DNA from: an uncultured Gammaproteobacteria bacterium
GTDB taxonomy: Bacteria > Patescibacteriota > Patescibacteriia > UBA9934
Reading direction: 5' to 3'
NCBI GenBank assembly: GCA_964582615.1
Contig: CAZORP010000003.1
Location: forward strand, 2,091 to 66,090
Length of the DNA: 64,000 nucleotides
Positions 18,608 through 28,329 of the stretch are shown here, piece after piece (the stretch's first letter is position 1; each line of letters starts with the position of its first letter). The position numbers and the translations under genes are program-made. The notes beneath the pieces are model-generated. The model saw only the letters and a list, made by a program, of their open reading frames with translations, was not told the origin of the DNA and did no database searches.

Positions 18608-21600
18608 GAAACATTCTCACTGCCAAGGTGCGATTGTAATTCCTGCATAAGTAGCAGCGACGTCTTTACCTTGTACTCTGTAATAATATTTTTCGCCTCA
18701 CCCTTAACCATGACACGAAGGTATACCGGAACATCTCCACTGTATTTCCTCAATGTTTCTCGTATCTTTGCAATGTGATCAGGTGTTGGCTGTGCGGGAA
18801 GCGTAAGCACAACCTCACGAACTCCCTGAGCTGACGTCGGATGAGCAATACTTGTCTGACGATGCTGGGAGGGGGCGTCATCCGTTGCCGTATATGACCC
18901 TTCTCGTATCTTTTGCTCTACCTCGGGAATATCCTTCTCCTCAAAAAAGAGGATGTCTTCAACGAGCAATGATCGCTCTTCTTTTTCCTCCTCTTCCCCA
19001 CCCTCGCCAGAAACCATACGCTTGCGAAGCGAAACCTTTCCCGTCACTACCACAAATCCCCCCTCGTGCAACGACATGCGAACCCTTGCATACGTCTTTG
19101 GAAAAATAACCGACTCCGCAGAAAACGAAGGATCTTCAAGACGAACGAATGCCATCGGTTCGTTTTTTGCTTTGGTAAAGATCTGCTTTATCGCACCAAT
19201 AATTCCCGAAACATGCACGATTGTTCCATCTTCGCCCGCAAGGGCTTCGCGAAGTGGCGTAATACCAGCCTTCGCAAAACGATCATGAAAGATACTTGCC
19301 GGATGAGCTGAAATGTACAATCCAAGAAGCTCTTTTTCCCAAGTAAGCACCTCACTCTTTCCAATTGGCATAGCTGGAGAAAGTTCAAGACGACGCGTTG
19401 CAAGCCCTTCTCCAAGATCAAACAACGAAGACTGATTACGCTGACGCTCCTGACTGACCTGCTTGTTAAACAATACGAGTGACTCAAGATTTGAAACCAA
19501 CTGAGCACGATCACCAAAACGATCGAGCGCTCCGCATTTCATAAGAGCTTCGAGGGTTTTTTTGTTAAATGCATGCGACTGCACTCGACTCAAAAAATCC
19601 GCAAGATCCTGATAGGCCCCCCCGCGCTTACGCTCGCGAACAATTTCTTCTGCAATTTCGGTACCAACATTTTTAATCGCCATCAGTCCCCATCGAACAT
19701 TTTTTGTCCCCTTCACCACCGCAAAGCCCGCAAACGATTCGTTGACATCCGGAGGAAGCACCGTGAGTCCAATGCGTGCACATTCTTCAACCTCAATGGT
19801 GATACGATCGATATTTCCCGCATCAGAGTTCATGAGCGCCGCCATGAAACATTCAGGATAATACGCCTTAAGGTACGCGGTTTGATATGCAATAAGCGCA
19901 TAGCACGCGGCATGCGACTTGTTAAATCCGTACGCGGCAAAGTCCTCAAGCTTTTGGAAGATTTTTTGCGCAATATCTTCACGAACACCATTTTTTACCG
20001 ATCCTTCAATAAATTTCGTCTTCATCTTCGCCATGAGTTCAGCGATCTTTTTTCCCATCGCTTTACGAAGACTGTCAGCTTCACCACCGGTAAATCCCGC
20101 CATGTCTTTTGACACCTGCATCACCTGCTCTTGGTAGACAGGAATTCCATACGTTTCACGGAATGCATTTTCCATGAGAGGGTGCTCGTAAATGACTTGC
20201 TCAATGCCGTGCTTACGACGAATAAAACTCTCGATAAACTGCATTGGTCCCGGACGATACAGCGAAACCATAGCGATAATATCTTCAAATTGTGACGGCT
20301 GAAGTTCGCGAATATATCGCTTCATTCCATCGGATTCCAACTGAAAAACTCCCGTGGTATCACCGCGTCCAAGAAGTGCGAAAGTCTCTTTATCATCAAG
20401 AGGTATGGTTTTCATGTCGATAACAACCCCATGAACCGCGCGAATAATCTCAAGCGTATCTTCGATGATGGTAAGGTTGGAAAGTCCAAGAAAGTCCATC
20501 TTCACCAATCCCGCGGCTTCTGCGGAGTTGAGTGAGTACTGTGTCACGAGCGCCGTATCTTCATGCTGACCAGCTTGAAGTGGAACGCGTTCAACAAGCG
20601 ACCTGTCGCCAATAACAAATCCACACGCGTGTTGGGACGCGTGACGAGGATTTCCTTCGATTTGTATTGCGAGATCGATAACCCTACGCGCCATCGGATT
20701 ACCGTCATACATAGCCTTAAGATCTGGAGACTCCTCAATAGCCTCCTGAAGTGGCGTATGCTTTCCCTGCACGGGAGGTGGTACTGCCTTAGCGATTTCA
20801 TCCGCTTCTTTAAACGTAAGTCCAAGAACACGCGCGGCATCGCGAACCGCAGCACGTGGCATCATGGTTCCAAACGTAATAATTCCCGCAACCCTATCGG
20901 ATCCATAGCGTTGCGTGATGTATTCAAGAACCCGACCACGACCACGGTCTGCAAAGTCGGTATCAATATCAGGCATCGAGATACGGTCCGGATTCAGAAA
21001 ACGCTCAAAGAGAAGTCCGTAACGTAGAGGATCGATATCGGTAATGCGAAGCGCGTACGCAACAAGCGACCCTGCGGCAGATCCACGACCAGGTCCAACC
21101 AAAACATCATGATCTTTTGCCCAGGTAATATAGTCCTGCACGATTAAAAAGTATGATGCAAAACCCATGCGAACAATGGTGTCGTATTCAAAGGTAAAAC
21201 GCTGAAGAACCTTTTCAGGAAGAGGATTTCCGTAGCGCTCTGCAAGTCCAGCAAGACACATTTCCCGAAGAACGTCATTATCAGTTTTTCCCTCAGGGAT
21301 TGGGTAAATGGGTAGGAAGTTTTTTCCCAATTCAAGTGCAAAAGTTACACGTTCAGCGATCCGAACGGTTGCCTCAAGAGCTTCGGGAATGTCAGAAAAA
21401 TACTCCATGATCTCTTCAGGAGTTCCAAAAGAAAGATCGACCTCTTCCGTGCTCGTTCGACGAAATTCTTCAAGTGTTCTTCCACGCTGAATACAAAGTT
21501 GAGCTTCATATCCCTCACGATTTTCAGGATCAAGATAGAATACATTCTTCGTTGCGACGAGAGGAACACCAAGTTCTTGAGAGAGCCTTCGAGATGCCGT

Positions 21601-22170
21601 ATTGACATCCACCTGACGGGGCATGTCTGGATGCGCAATGACTTCAAGAAAGTAATTCTCTTTTCCAAAAATATCCTGATACTCACGGATGAGCGTTTTT
21701 GCCTTTTCCTCATCTCCATCAACAAGTGCGCGAGAAACCTCACCAGAAACTCCCCCAGAAAGTGCAATGAGCCCCTTTGCGTGAGATCGAAGAAACGCCT
21801 TGTCAACACGAGGCTTATAGTAAAAACCCTCAAGAAATCCCGCCGTAACAATTCGTGAAAGATTGCGATATCCCTCTTCATTTTCAACGATAAGCACAAG
21901 ACGGTGAGGGCGATCATCAACCCTTGCACGCTTATCTGTCATGCCGTGCTGTGCAACATAAATATCACAACCAATAATGGGGTGAATTTCCTGATCTTTA
22001 CAAGCTTTCACAAACTCAACTACACCGTACATGTTTCCATTATCGGTAAGCGCCAGAGCTTTCATACCAAGAGCTTTTGCTCGTTTTACAAGAGCCTTTG
22101 GCTTTGGAAGGGCTTCAAGGAGTGAGTAGTGTGAATGCGTATGAAGATACACGAAATCCTTGGGGTCCAT
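18598..22170 (-). CDS. dnaE: DNA polymerase III alpha subunit
   Basis: MDPKDFVYLHTHSHYSLLEALP (PHP domain), then polymerase core and OB-fold motifs. Start chosen at MDPKDF. Confidence 0.95.
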   Translation of the reverse strand: MDPKDFVYLHTHSHYSLLEALPKPKALVKRAKALGMKALALTDNGNMYGVVEFVKACKDQEIHPIIGCDIYVAQHGMTDKRARVDDRPHRLVLIVENEEGYRNLSRIVTAGFLEGFYYKPRVDKAFLRSHAKGLIALSGGVSGEVSRALVDGDEEKAKTLIREYQDIFGKENYFLEVIAHPDMPRQVDVNTASRRLSQELGVPLVATKNVFYLDPENREGYEAQLCIQRGRTLEEFRRTSTEEVDLSFGTPEEIMEYFSDIPEALEATVRIAERVTFALELGKNFLPIYPIPEGKTDNDVLREMCLAGLAERYGNPLPEKVLQRFTFEYDTIVRMGFASYFLIVQDYITWAKDHDVLVGPGRGSAAGSLVAYALRITDIDPLRYGLLFERFLNPDRISMPDIDTDFADRGRGRVLEYITQRYGSDRVAGIITFGTMMPRAAVRDAARVLGLTFKEADEIAKAVPPPVQGKHTPLQEAIEESPDLKAMYDGNPMARRVIDLAIQIEGNPRHASQHACGFVIGDRSLVERVPLQAGQHEDTALVTQYSLNSAEAAGLVKMDFLGLSNLTIIEDTLEIIRAVHGVVIDMKTIPLDDKETFALLGRGDTTGVFQLESDGMKRYIRELQPSQFEDIIAMVSLYRPGPMQFIESFIRRKHGIEQVIYEHPLMENAFRETYGIPVYQEQVMQVSKDMAGFTGGEADSLRKAMGKKIAELMAKMKTKFIEGSVKNGVREDIAQKIFQKLEDFAAYGFNKSHAACYALIAYQTAYLKAYYPECFMAALMNSDAGNIDRITIEVEECARIGLTVLPPDVNESFAGFAVVKGTKNVRWGLMAIKNVGTEIAEEIVRERKRGGAYQDLADFLSRVQSHAFNKKTLEALMKCGALDRFGDRAQLVSNLESLVLFNKQVSQERQRNQSSLFDLGEGLATRRLELSPAMPIGKSEVLTWEKELLGLYISAHPASIFHDRFAKAGITPLREALAGEDGTIVHVSGIIGAIKQIFTKAKNEPMAFVRLEDPSFSAESVIFPKTYARVRMSLHEGGFVVVTGKVSLRKRMVSGEGGEEEEKEERSLLVEDILFFEEKDIPEVEQKIREGSYTATDDAPSQHRQTSIAHPTSAQGVREVVLTLPAQPTPDHIAKIRETLRKYSGDVPVYLRVMVKGEAKNIITEYKVKTSLLLMQELQSHLGSENVSWK

Positions 22171-22203
22171 AATCGCAAAGAGGGTACCAGAAAAACACAA
22201 ATA

Positions 22204-22233
22204 AAAAAACCGCCCCAAACGGGGCGGTTTTTA
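22204..22233 (-). terminator. Strong rho-independent terminator after rplL
   Basis: On the minus strand AAAAACCGCCCC-GTTT-GGGGCGGTTTTTTTATTT. It separates rplJL from dnaE. Confidence 0.8.
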
Positions 22234-22237
22234 AGGC

Positions 22238-22639
22238 TTATTTCAAGGTAACCTTTGCACCTGCTGCTTCGAGCTTGGACTTCATGTCTTCTGCTTCTGC
22301 CTTGGATGCGTTCTCCTTTACTGCCTTTGGAGCTGCGTCAACGATATCCTTAGCCTCCTTAAGGCCAAGACCGGTGAGCTCACGAACAACCTTGATCACG
22401 TTGATCTTGTTGTCGCCAGCGGAAGTGATTTCAACCGTGAAGGAAGACTTCTCTTCTGCTGCTGCGCCTGCTGCTGCAGCTGGTGCTGCCATCATCATTG
22501 CAGGAGCTGCTGCGGAAACGCCGAACTTGTCTTCGAGAACCTTTACAAGTTCTGCGAGGTCAAGAACCGTCATCTTTTCAATGGATTCTACAAGTGCCTT
22601 GAATTTCTCTGGCACTTCAACATTTTTCATTTCGGACAT
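22238..22639 (-). CDS. rplL: 50S ribosomal protein L7/L12
   Basis: An Ala-rich hinge, then [32 protein letters not shown]. Confidence 0.95.
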   Translation of the reverse strand: MSEMKNVEVPEKFKALVESIEKMTVLDLAELVKVLEDKFGVSAAAPAMMMAAPAAAAGAAAEEKSSFTVEITSAGDNKINVIKVVRELTGLGLKEAKDIVDAAPKAVKENASKAEAEDMKSKLEAAGAKVTLK

Positions 22640-22663
22640 AAGAACGTATTAAGTGTGAACGAA

Positions 22664-23188
22664 TTATGCTTGCTTGTCTTGTACCGCTTTAATAACGGTA
22701 ACAAGTCCGCGCAAGTTTCCTGCAAGAACGTTAACAAATCCAGAAACTGGAGCGTTAAGTGTTCCAACCAATTGTCCAAGAAGTTGCTCTTTGGAAGGAA
22801 GATCAGCCAAACGCTTCACTTCATCACCGCCAACGAATGCACCTTCAAGAACACCTGCGAGCAATGTGACGGTTTGCTTCTCTTTCGAGAATTCCTTCAA
22901 AAGCTTCGCCGCTGCCACTTCATCGGTATACGATACCGCAACGAGAATGGAGCCATCGAGTGCATCGCGAGAAACCCCGCGAACGCCTGCATCTTCTGCA
23001 GCGCGAACGAGCAAAGTTTTCTTTGCAACGAATACATCGATATTTTTCTCCGCAGCTTTCGCGCGGAGCTTGTCTGCATCGGCCATGGTGTAACCCATTG
23101 CCTGAGAAAATGCAGCACCTTTCATACGCTTCAAGCGATCAGTCATCTTTGCAACGACGTCTGCTTTTTGTGCGCGTGTTTTTGCCAT
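22664..23188 (-). CDS. rplJ: 50S ribosomal protein L10
   Basis: MAKTRAQKADVVAKMTDRLKRMKGAAF... is typical L10. Confidence 0.9.
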   Translation of the reverse strand: MAKTRAQKADVVAKMTDRLKRMKGAAFSQAMGYTMADADKLRAKAAEKNIDVFVAKKTLLVRAAEDAGVRGVSRDALDGSILVAVSYTDEVAAAKLLKEFSKEKQTVTLLAGVLEGAFVGGDEVKRLADLPSKEQLLGQLVGTLNAPVSGFVNVLAGNLRGLVTVIKAVQDKQA

Positions 23189-23434
23189 AAAATATGGGGT
23201 TATCTGAACAATCGACCTTTAAAAAAAGAAAACGGCCATGCGAAATGGTCGGGATCTCACAAAAACCGAAAGGTTTTAGCGAATTCTCGGTAGGAAATTA
23301 TGTGTGTTTTCTCCACACGTCCTACTTTCTGCGAATTTCGATGGTGCCAAGAGTATAAAGGCTTTTCCATAGGACGTCAACCCCTAATCCATAACATTCT
23401 CACCGCAAAAAAATTCCCAAGATAAGCCAAAATC

Positions 23435-23513
23435 TTGACTTTTTTCAAAAAATCTGCTATAAAGAGGAGGTTTTTATTTTTTGCCACATCACCACGTGAT
23501 GTGGCATTTTTTT
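23435..23513 (+). promoter_or_regulatory. Plus-strand sigma70-like promoter (TTGACT-17-TATAAA) followed by GAGGAGG and an intrinsic terminator hairpin, in the rplJ upstream region
   Basis: TTGACT at 23435-23440 and TATAAA at 23458-23463. The hairpin GCCACATCAC-CAC-GTGATGTGGC at 23483-23505 is followed by T7. All flanking genes are on the minus strand. Confidence 0.4.
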
Positions 23514-23529
23514 GCTAATTTCAGCAAAA

Positions 23530-24216
23530 TTATGAAATTATCGTCCCTTCACACATTCCCGCAGTAAGATACATCAACAACGGCTCCATTCTTGCACCTT
23601 GCATAATAAGCGCCCGCAAACCATGACGCTCACAAAAGCGTGCGGCGATGGGATCAAATGGCGCAGAAAGCCCAGGACTCCACGTCGAACCAACCATGCC
23701 TCGATAAACCTTCCAAGAAACTTCATCAAGCGGCGTTGCAGAAGGATCTTTCTTGGGATCGGCACTATACACCTTGGCAACATTTGAAAGATTGATAACC
23801 GACGTTGCGCCAAGTTTTTTCGCAATTCGACACGCAACATAATCAGTGCTCCACCCGGGCTTCCACCCTGCCGCAACCAATACCTTGCCTTGCCACAAAG
23901 AAACCTGCGGTGTTGCAAGAGGATTCTTTATTACCACAGGATGAGCTACATCACGAAGAATGGTGCGCAGAAGGTGGCCATTAAGTCGCGTTGCGTGAAT
24001 ACCAAGCCAATCAAGGTCATCGGGACAGAGTTCCTGAACCTCTCGTGCGGCATCGATGTAGACACGAGCTGTCTTCCCTCCCCCCGTTACAAGAACAAAG
24101 GTGTCTCCACGCTGTAAAGAGCCCAAAATGACATCACGAAACGCGCGTAAGAATGCGCTATTTGGTTTATCCTGAGGAACAAGTAGCGATCCGCCCACCG
24201 AGATAACATGTAAAGC
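23530..24216 (-). CDS. pyrH: Archaeal-type UMP kinase
   Basis: ISVGGSLLVP, FVLVTGGGKTARVYID, HPVVIKNP and VAKVYSADPKKDPSATPL match archaeal PyrH throughout. Start chosen at MALHVI. Confidence 0.75.
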   Translation of the reverse strand, partial: ALHVISVGGSLLVPQDKPNSAFLRAFRDVILGSLQRGDTFVLVTGGGKTARVYIDAAREVQELCPDDLDWLGIHATRLNGHLLRTILRDVAHPVVIKNPLATPQVSLWQGKVLVAAGWKPGWSTDYVACRIAKKLGATSVINLSNVAKVYSADPKKDPSATPLDEVSWKVYRGMVGSTWSPGLSAPFDPIAARFCERHGLRALIMQGARMEPLLMYLTAGMCEGTIIS

Positions 24217-24235
24217 CATAAGAAAAAAACGAGCT

Positions 24236-24598
24236 CTAGGAAAGAGCTCGTTCGTTATCGGAATGAAGAAATGCACCGGTAAGCACGCTCACCGCCCATA
24301 CAAACAACGCCGCCATGAGCGCTGGCCAAAAACCAGCAATGCTCACACCTTTTACAAAGGAGCTCATGAACCACATGAGAAGTCCGTTGATAACAAATGA
24401 GAAGAGCCCAAGTGTCACCACGGTAAGCGGCAATGTAAGAACAAAGAGAATTGGACGAACAAGCGCATTGAGAAGTCCAAGTACCGCCGCGGCCACAAGA
24501 GCCGCATACCAAGTTTCAACAATAAAACCATGGATAAGCTGAGTTGCTGCAAGAAGAGCCGATGCATTAATAACCCAACGAAGAAGAAGCTTTATCAT
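24236..24598 (-). CDS. DUF360 (phage holin family 4-like) 4-TM membrane protein
   Basis: 120 aa with four TM helices. LVRPILFVLTLPLTVVTLGLFSFVINGLLMW is characteristic of the DUF360 family. Confidence 0.6.
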   Translation of the reverse strand: MIKLLLRWVINASALLAATQLIHGFIVETWYAALVAAAVLGLLNALVRPILFVLTLPLTVVTLGLFSFVINGLLMWFMSSFVKGVSIAGFWPALMAALFVWAVSVLTGAFLHSDNERALS

Positions 24599-24843
24599 AG
24601 CGATGTGGAGGTTTCTGCCTGATCTTCCGAAGAAGGCGCGGAAGATTCATACGATTCTTTAAGACGAACAACAACATTCTCTACCTCTTCAAGTCTCGAA
24701 CGACATTGCGCGGCAAGCACAAGCGCTCGTTCATATTTTTTTAAACCCTCATCAAGGTCAATTTCTCCGCGCTCGAACCACGCGGTAATTTCCTCAAGTT
24801 CATGAAGGGCATCGCGAAATGCTAAAGTTTTTTTTGTAGCCAT
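24595..24843 (-). CDS. xseB: Exodeoxyribonuclease VII small subunit
   Basis: 82 aa. FRDALHELEEITAWFERGEIDLDEGLKKYERALVLAAQCRSRLEEVE. Confidence 0.9.
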   Translation of the reverse strand: MATKKTLAFRDALHELEEITAWFERGEIDLDEGLKKYERALVLAAQCRSRLEEVENVVVRLKESYESSAPSSEDQAETSTSL

Positions 24844-24846
24844 AAA

Positions 24847-26058
24847 CTAAAATTCAAGACGATGCTGTTTTGGAGTATGCGAAACGTTTGCAGTTGCACG
24901 TAGCGTACCTTCCGCAAATTGTAGCGAAAGATCCTCACCATTCGCAACTCCTTCGGGGGATGAGAGCACTTTTCCCTGTGCATTACGAACAATGCTATAC
25001 CCTCTCGAAAGAAGGGCTCGGGGATTAACGCCCTCAAGCAAACGAAGCGTCCCCAAGAGCCTTCCCCTTGTTTCCAAGCGATACGTCGAAAAAGCCCGAT
25101 CAATATGAGTCACTCTATTTGAGATGCGCTCGAACATACCAAGTCTTGCGCGATCAACCATGAACAAGGCCCGATCAATCGCCCCTCGATGCGCATGGAT
25201 CGCTCGCGTGAGTCGAAGATGATTTTGTGCAAGATAGTGTTCAAGATCGCGCGAAAGCTCCCCCCTTGCAGGAACAAGGCGCTCAGCCGCATTGGAGGGA
25301 GTTGAAGCTCGAACATCAGCCACAAAGTCACATAGCGTTTCATCACGCTCGTGACCAACGCCAACAATGACCGGAATTGGTGAGGAAAAAATAGCTCGTA
25401 CAACGCGCTCATCATTAAACGCGTGGAGCTCTTCAAGTCCCCCGCCCCCACGAGTAAGCACAAGAACTTCCGGACGCTCATCCTCAGAGAGTCGCGAGAA
25501 GTGCGCAAACGCTTGAACGATCTCCTCGACGGCATATTGTCCCTGAACATGAACATCCTTATGAAGTACCGTTATGCCGCCCATACGATCACCAAGAATG
25601 CGCAAAAAATCTCCGTACGCCGCCGCTTCTCGAGAAGTAATTAAACCGATACGTTCAGGAAATTTTGGCAGACTTCGCTTTCTTGAAGAAGAAAAGAGTC
25701 CCTCTTTTTCAAGAGATGCCTTAAGCGCAAGGTAAGCCTTCTGAAGAGCGCCCTCGCCCACCAACTCCACCGAATCAACGGTCAGTGAAAACTTTCCAAA
25801 GCGAGCAAACACCGAAGGAAAGCCAGCAACTCGAACTCTCATGCCATCCGCAAGCTGTGGAAGTCCCTTGAACGTTGTAGCAAAGCAAGGAACACGAGCA
25901 TCGGCTTGCTCGTCTTTAAGCGTAAACGTGATCCATTTTTGCTGAGCTATTTTATATTCAGCAACCTCCCCCTCAATAAGAAAAGCTCCGCTTGGAATCA
26001 TGCCGAGCGTGTCATTAACAAGCGTGAGAAATTGCTGAACCGAAAGCAGTGGGGGCAT
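24847..26058 (-). CDS. xseA: Exodeoxyribonuclease VII large subunit
   Basis: 403 aa. An N-terminal OB fold (FLIEGEVAEYK), then the ExoVII large-subunit catalytic region. Confidence 0.9.
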   Translation of the reverse strand: MPPLLSVQQFLTLVNDTLGMIPSGAFLIEGEVAEYKIAQQKWITFTLKDEQADARVPCFATTFKGLPQLADGMRVRVAGFPSVFARFGKFSLTVDSVELVGEGALQKAYLALKASLEKEGLFSSSRKRSLPKFPERIGLITSREAAAYGDFLRILGDRMGGITVLHKDVHVQGQYAVEEIVQAFAHFSRLSEDERPEVLVLTRGGGGLEELHAFNDERVVRAIFSSPIPVIVGVGHERDETLCDFVADVRASTPSNAAERLVPARGELSRDLEHYLAQNHLRLTRAIHAHRGAIDRALFMVDRARLGMFERISNRVTHIDRAFSTYRLETRGRLLGTLRLLEGVNPRALLSRGYSIVRNAQGKVLSSPEGVANGEDLSLQFAEGTLRATANVSHTPKQHRLEF

Positions 26059-26059
26059 A

Positions 26060-26938
26060 TTATTTTACAACAAGCACACGACGCAGATCCGGATTTGGAG
26101 CACCATCATGCCAATCAGCAATAGCTTTCATGATGCGATCGCGCGGATACTGATACGCTTCTCCGTGACGCGTTCCTGGATCATTGGCAATGAACGTTGT
26201 TGCCGTGTACCCACGCAAAACAAGCATGTGATACACGGGGCCCTCGCCCGAGAAAAAGGGATTCTGCAACTGCCGACCAAGCGCTGGAACGATAATGGGA
26301 TTTCCTGCGGCTATGTAACGCGCAAGCGTTTCTTCGCTTGGATTTTCAAGAATCTCAACAGTTCTTGATGTTTTTTCCTGGGCAATTTTAGCAAGATCTT
26401 CAAGGGAAATACTTGGACCCATGCCAAGCGCTGTTTCGCGTGCAACAAATGACAGGAGAAGAAATCTTTCAGCTTCTGGATTTTTTTCGTAGGTAAACGT
26501 GGAGTCTTTGTAGGCAAGAACCATGGCAAGCGAAGCTTCTTCGCAGGTTTCTTCAGTGATGTCATCCCAAACTCCCGTTGGAGCCTGGACCATGAACGGA
26601 ACATCAAGAAGAACCTCTTCAGGAATTTGAGGAATCTCCTCCACGGATTCACCACTACCCGTCTGAGAATCCTCCACCGCAACGCTTTCTTTCTCCCAAG
26701 AAGGATTCTCTTCTAAGGAAGGCTGTACGCTATCGGACTCTATTTTTTCTTCAGCAAGCGGTACAAAATCATCTTCTTGAGTAAGTTCAGGAAGTGAATC
26801 CGAAAGCTTTACCACGCGTGGCGTGGTAAAAAAGGCGTACATTTTAAGGACAAGGGATGCGACAAGCATGATGCCAAGACCAATAAGCGCGTGATTGCGC
26901 GAAATGGGGCGCTTTTCCCTTGGGGCAATTCTTAACAT
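26060..26938 (-). CDS. Membrane-anchored protein with putative papain-like (C39-like) peptidase domain
   Basis: An N-terminal TM segment and an acidic linker. The ordered Q (VQAPTG), C (CEEASLAMVLAY), H (VYHMLVLRGY) and NDPG residues are consistent with a C39-like fold. This is weak and motif-based. Confidence 0.4.
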   Translation of the reverse strand: MLRIAPREKRPISRNHALIGLGIMLVASLVLKMYAFFTTPRVVKLSDSLPELTQEDDFVPLAEEKIESDSVQPSLEENPSWEKESVAVEDSQTGSGESVEEIPQIPEEVLLDVPFMVQAPTGVWDDITEETCEEASLAMVLAYKDSTFTYEKNPEAERFLLLSFVARETALGMGPSISLEDLAKIAQEKTSRTVEILENPSEETLARYIAAGNPIIVPALGRQLQNPFFSGEGPVYHMLVLRGYTATTFIANDPGTRHGEAYQYPRDRIMKAIADWHDGAPNPDLRRVLVVK

Positions 26939-26941
26939 AGG

Positions 26942-28324
26942 TTATTTAGCGTGACGCTGGGCAAAACGCAAAACATGCAACGTTGCACGAACATCGTCTT
27001 CATTATACTGAAGAACATCTTCAAGCGCAGAAGCGTCCGCAGATCGCAACCATGACTCATACCACAAAACCGAATTCAAACCAGAAGCATCCTCCCTTCT
27101 CCACGAAAAACCCGAGAACTGAGCAATATCTTTTAGCGAGTAGAATGAGAGTGGAAAAATAAGCGATTCTCGCAAGCGAACAAGAAGATCAACACCCTGC
27201 TCTGCCAAAAGCGCAAGTTTTTCCTTATCGGTTCCATACTTTTCTCCAAGTTGAAGAAACGTGTCCTGTTCACTCCATCCGTAGTGATAGATAGGGTATC
27301 CAATGTACGACGACATGAACGATACAAAATCCTCCCAAGCTTTCTGCTCCTGGGAAGGATCTTTCGCGAGAAACGCTTTATATGTTGCCGTATCTCCATC
27401 AACAATAAGAACACCAAAAAGATAGTCGCAATCGCGCAAAGGATCGCTCTCAATATCCACCACAAGGAACGTTTCCGAGGCGGGAAGATCGATAGGGTGC
27501 AGAACATGGACACGTCCGGACACAAGCGAGCGCGCCTGAAGAAGAAGAATTTTTATACGATCACGCGTGATACCGGAAACTTTTCGAAAAACCTCATCCT
27601 CAGAAAGATCCGCAAGTCCCGAAACCGTGGAAATTCCCCCTTCTTTAAGGGCAGTTACTTCATGCTTCCAAACACGATTCAATCGAGAGAGATCGTCACA
27701 TCCAAATGCATCCGCCTTGCACGCGGAAAACCAAGGCGACTGTTTGCAGTCCGACGTAAGAAAGTGAGGTTCTTCTTCGCCGTCAAGAAGCGCAAGAATG
27801 GCGTTCTTTGTAAGCCGGTAGTTCACTTCGTATTCATCAATATTGTACGAAGAAACCGTACCGTTTGCATGAAGAATGTAGCCCTGTACCGGACTCCTTC
27901 CCTGCACCTGCTTCAATGCTTCCGCATAAAAACATCCTTGCATTTTATATTCAGGCTTTACATGACGAGATCGCTTAATATCTCCCGCGACATAGTAGTG
28001 AGAACCGAGATCCGAGGCCCCTTCAATACGTTCAAGAAAATCAGGCTGAACAAGGTGCTGTTTAAGTGAAAATGTTGGGCGATAAATCGTCTGCACGCCC
28101 TGCCGCATATAGGCAAGCGTTTCTTGCATCGCGGCATCAACATCTTCCGCGAGTACCGTTGCAATTGAAGTTCCACGTGCACGAAGAACTTCTTCTTCTT
28201 TTTCAGGAAGAAGTCCATCTTCTTGCAGGCGTAAACGAAGCGCGTCCTCATCGTGCGGATGAGGACCGTGACGTATCCAAGAAGGACACTTGGTATATTG
28301 ATAGAAACTTCGTTTAGTAAGCAC
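26942..28324 (-). CDS. TM0106-family RecB-like nuclease (PD-(D/E)XK N-terminus plus RNase H-like C-terminus)
   Basis: 460 aa. The N-terminus begins FYQYTKCP. C-terminal VVDIESDPL...YHYGWSEQD is an RNase H-like exonuclease-type motif. Confidence 0.6.
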   Translation of the reverse strand: MLTKRSFYQYTKCPSWIRHGPHPHDEDALRLRLQEDGLLPEKEEEVLRARGTSIATVLAEDVDAAMQETLAYMRQGVQTIYRPTFSLKQHLVQPDFLERIEGASDLGSHYYVAGDIKRSRHVKPEYKMQGCFYAEALKQVQGRSPVQGYILHANGTVSSYNIDEYEVNYRLTKNAILALLDGEEEPHFLTSDCKQSPWFSACKADAFGCDDLSRLNRVWKHEVTALKEGGISTVSGLADLSEDEVFRKVSGITRDRIKILLLQARSLVSGRVHVLHPIDLPASETFLVVDIESDPLRDCDYLFGVLIVDGDTATYKAFLAKDPSQEQKAWEDFVSFMSSYIGYPIYHYGWSEQDTFLQLGEKYGTDKEKLALLAEQGVDLLVRLRESLIFPLSFYSLKDIAQFSGFSWRREDASGLNSVLWYESWLRSADASALEDVLQYNEDDVRATLHVLRFAQRHAK

Positions 28325-28329
28325 GGGAT

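Noticed and set aside
19573-21929. ORFs 19573..20112 (+), 20563..21027 (+), 21345..21929 (-) and 21499..21858 (+)
   Set aside because: They lie entirely inside or antisense to the well-supported dnaE coding sequence, are Arg/Cys/Phe-rich and low-complexity, and are typical spurious frames.
23481-23567. A 28-codon His-rich ORF (TTG start) downstream of the orphan promoter and GAGGAGG
   Set aside because: The open frame is produced largely by the terminator palindrome itself and it overlaps the pyrH 3' end. There is no support beyond the SD-like motif. It is mentioned only as one possible reading of finding 23189..23530.
27251-28069. A 272-aa ORF on the plus strand
   Set aside because: It is antisense to the TM0106-family nuclease gene and very basic and low-complexity. 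The minus-strand gene has clear domain motifs.
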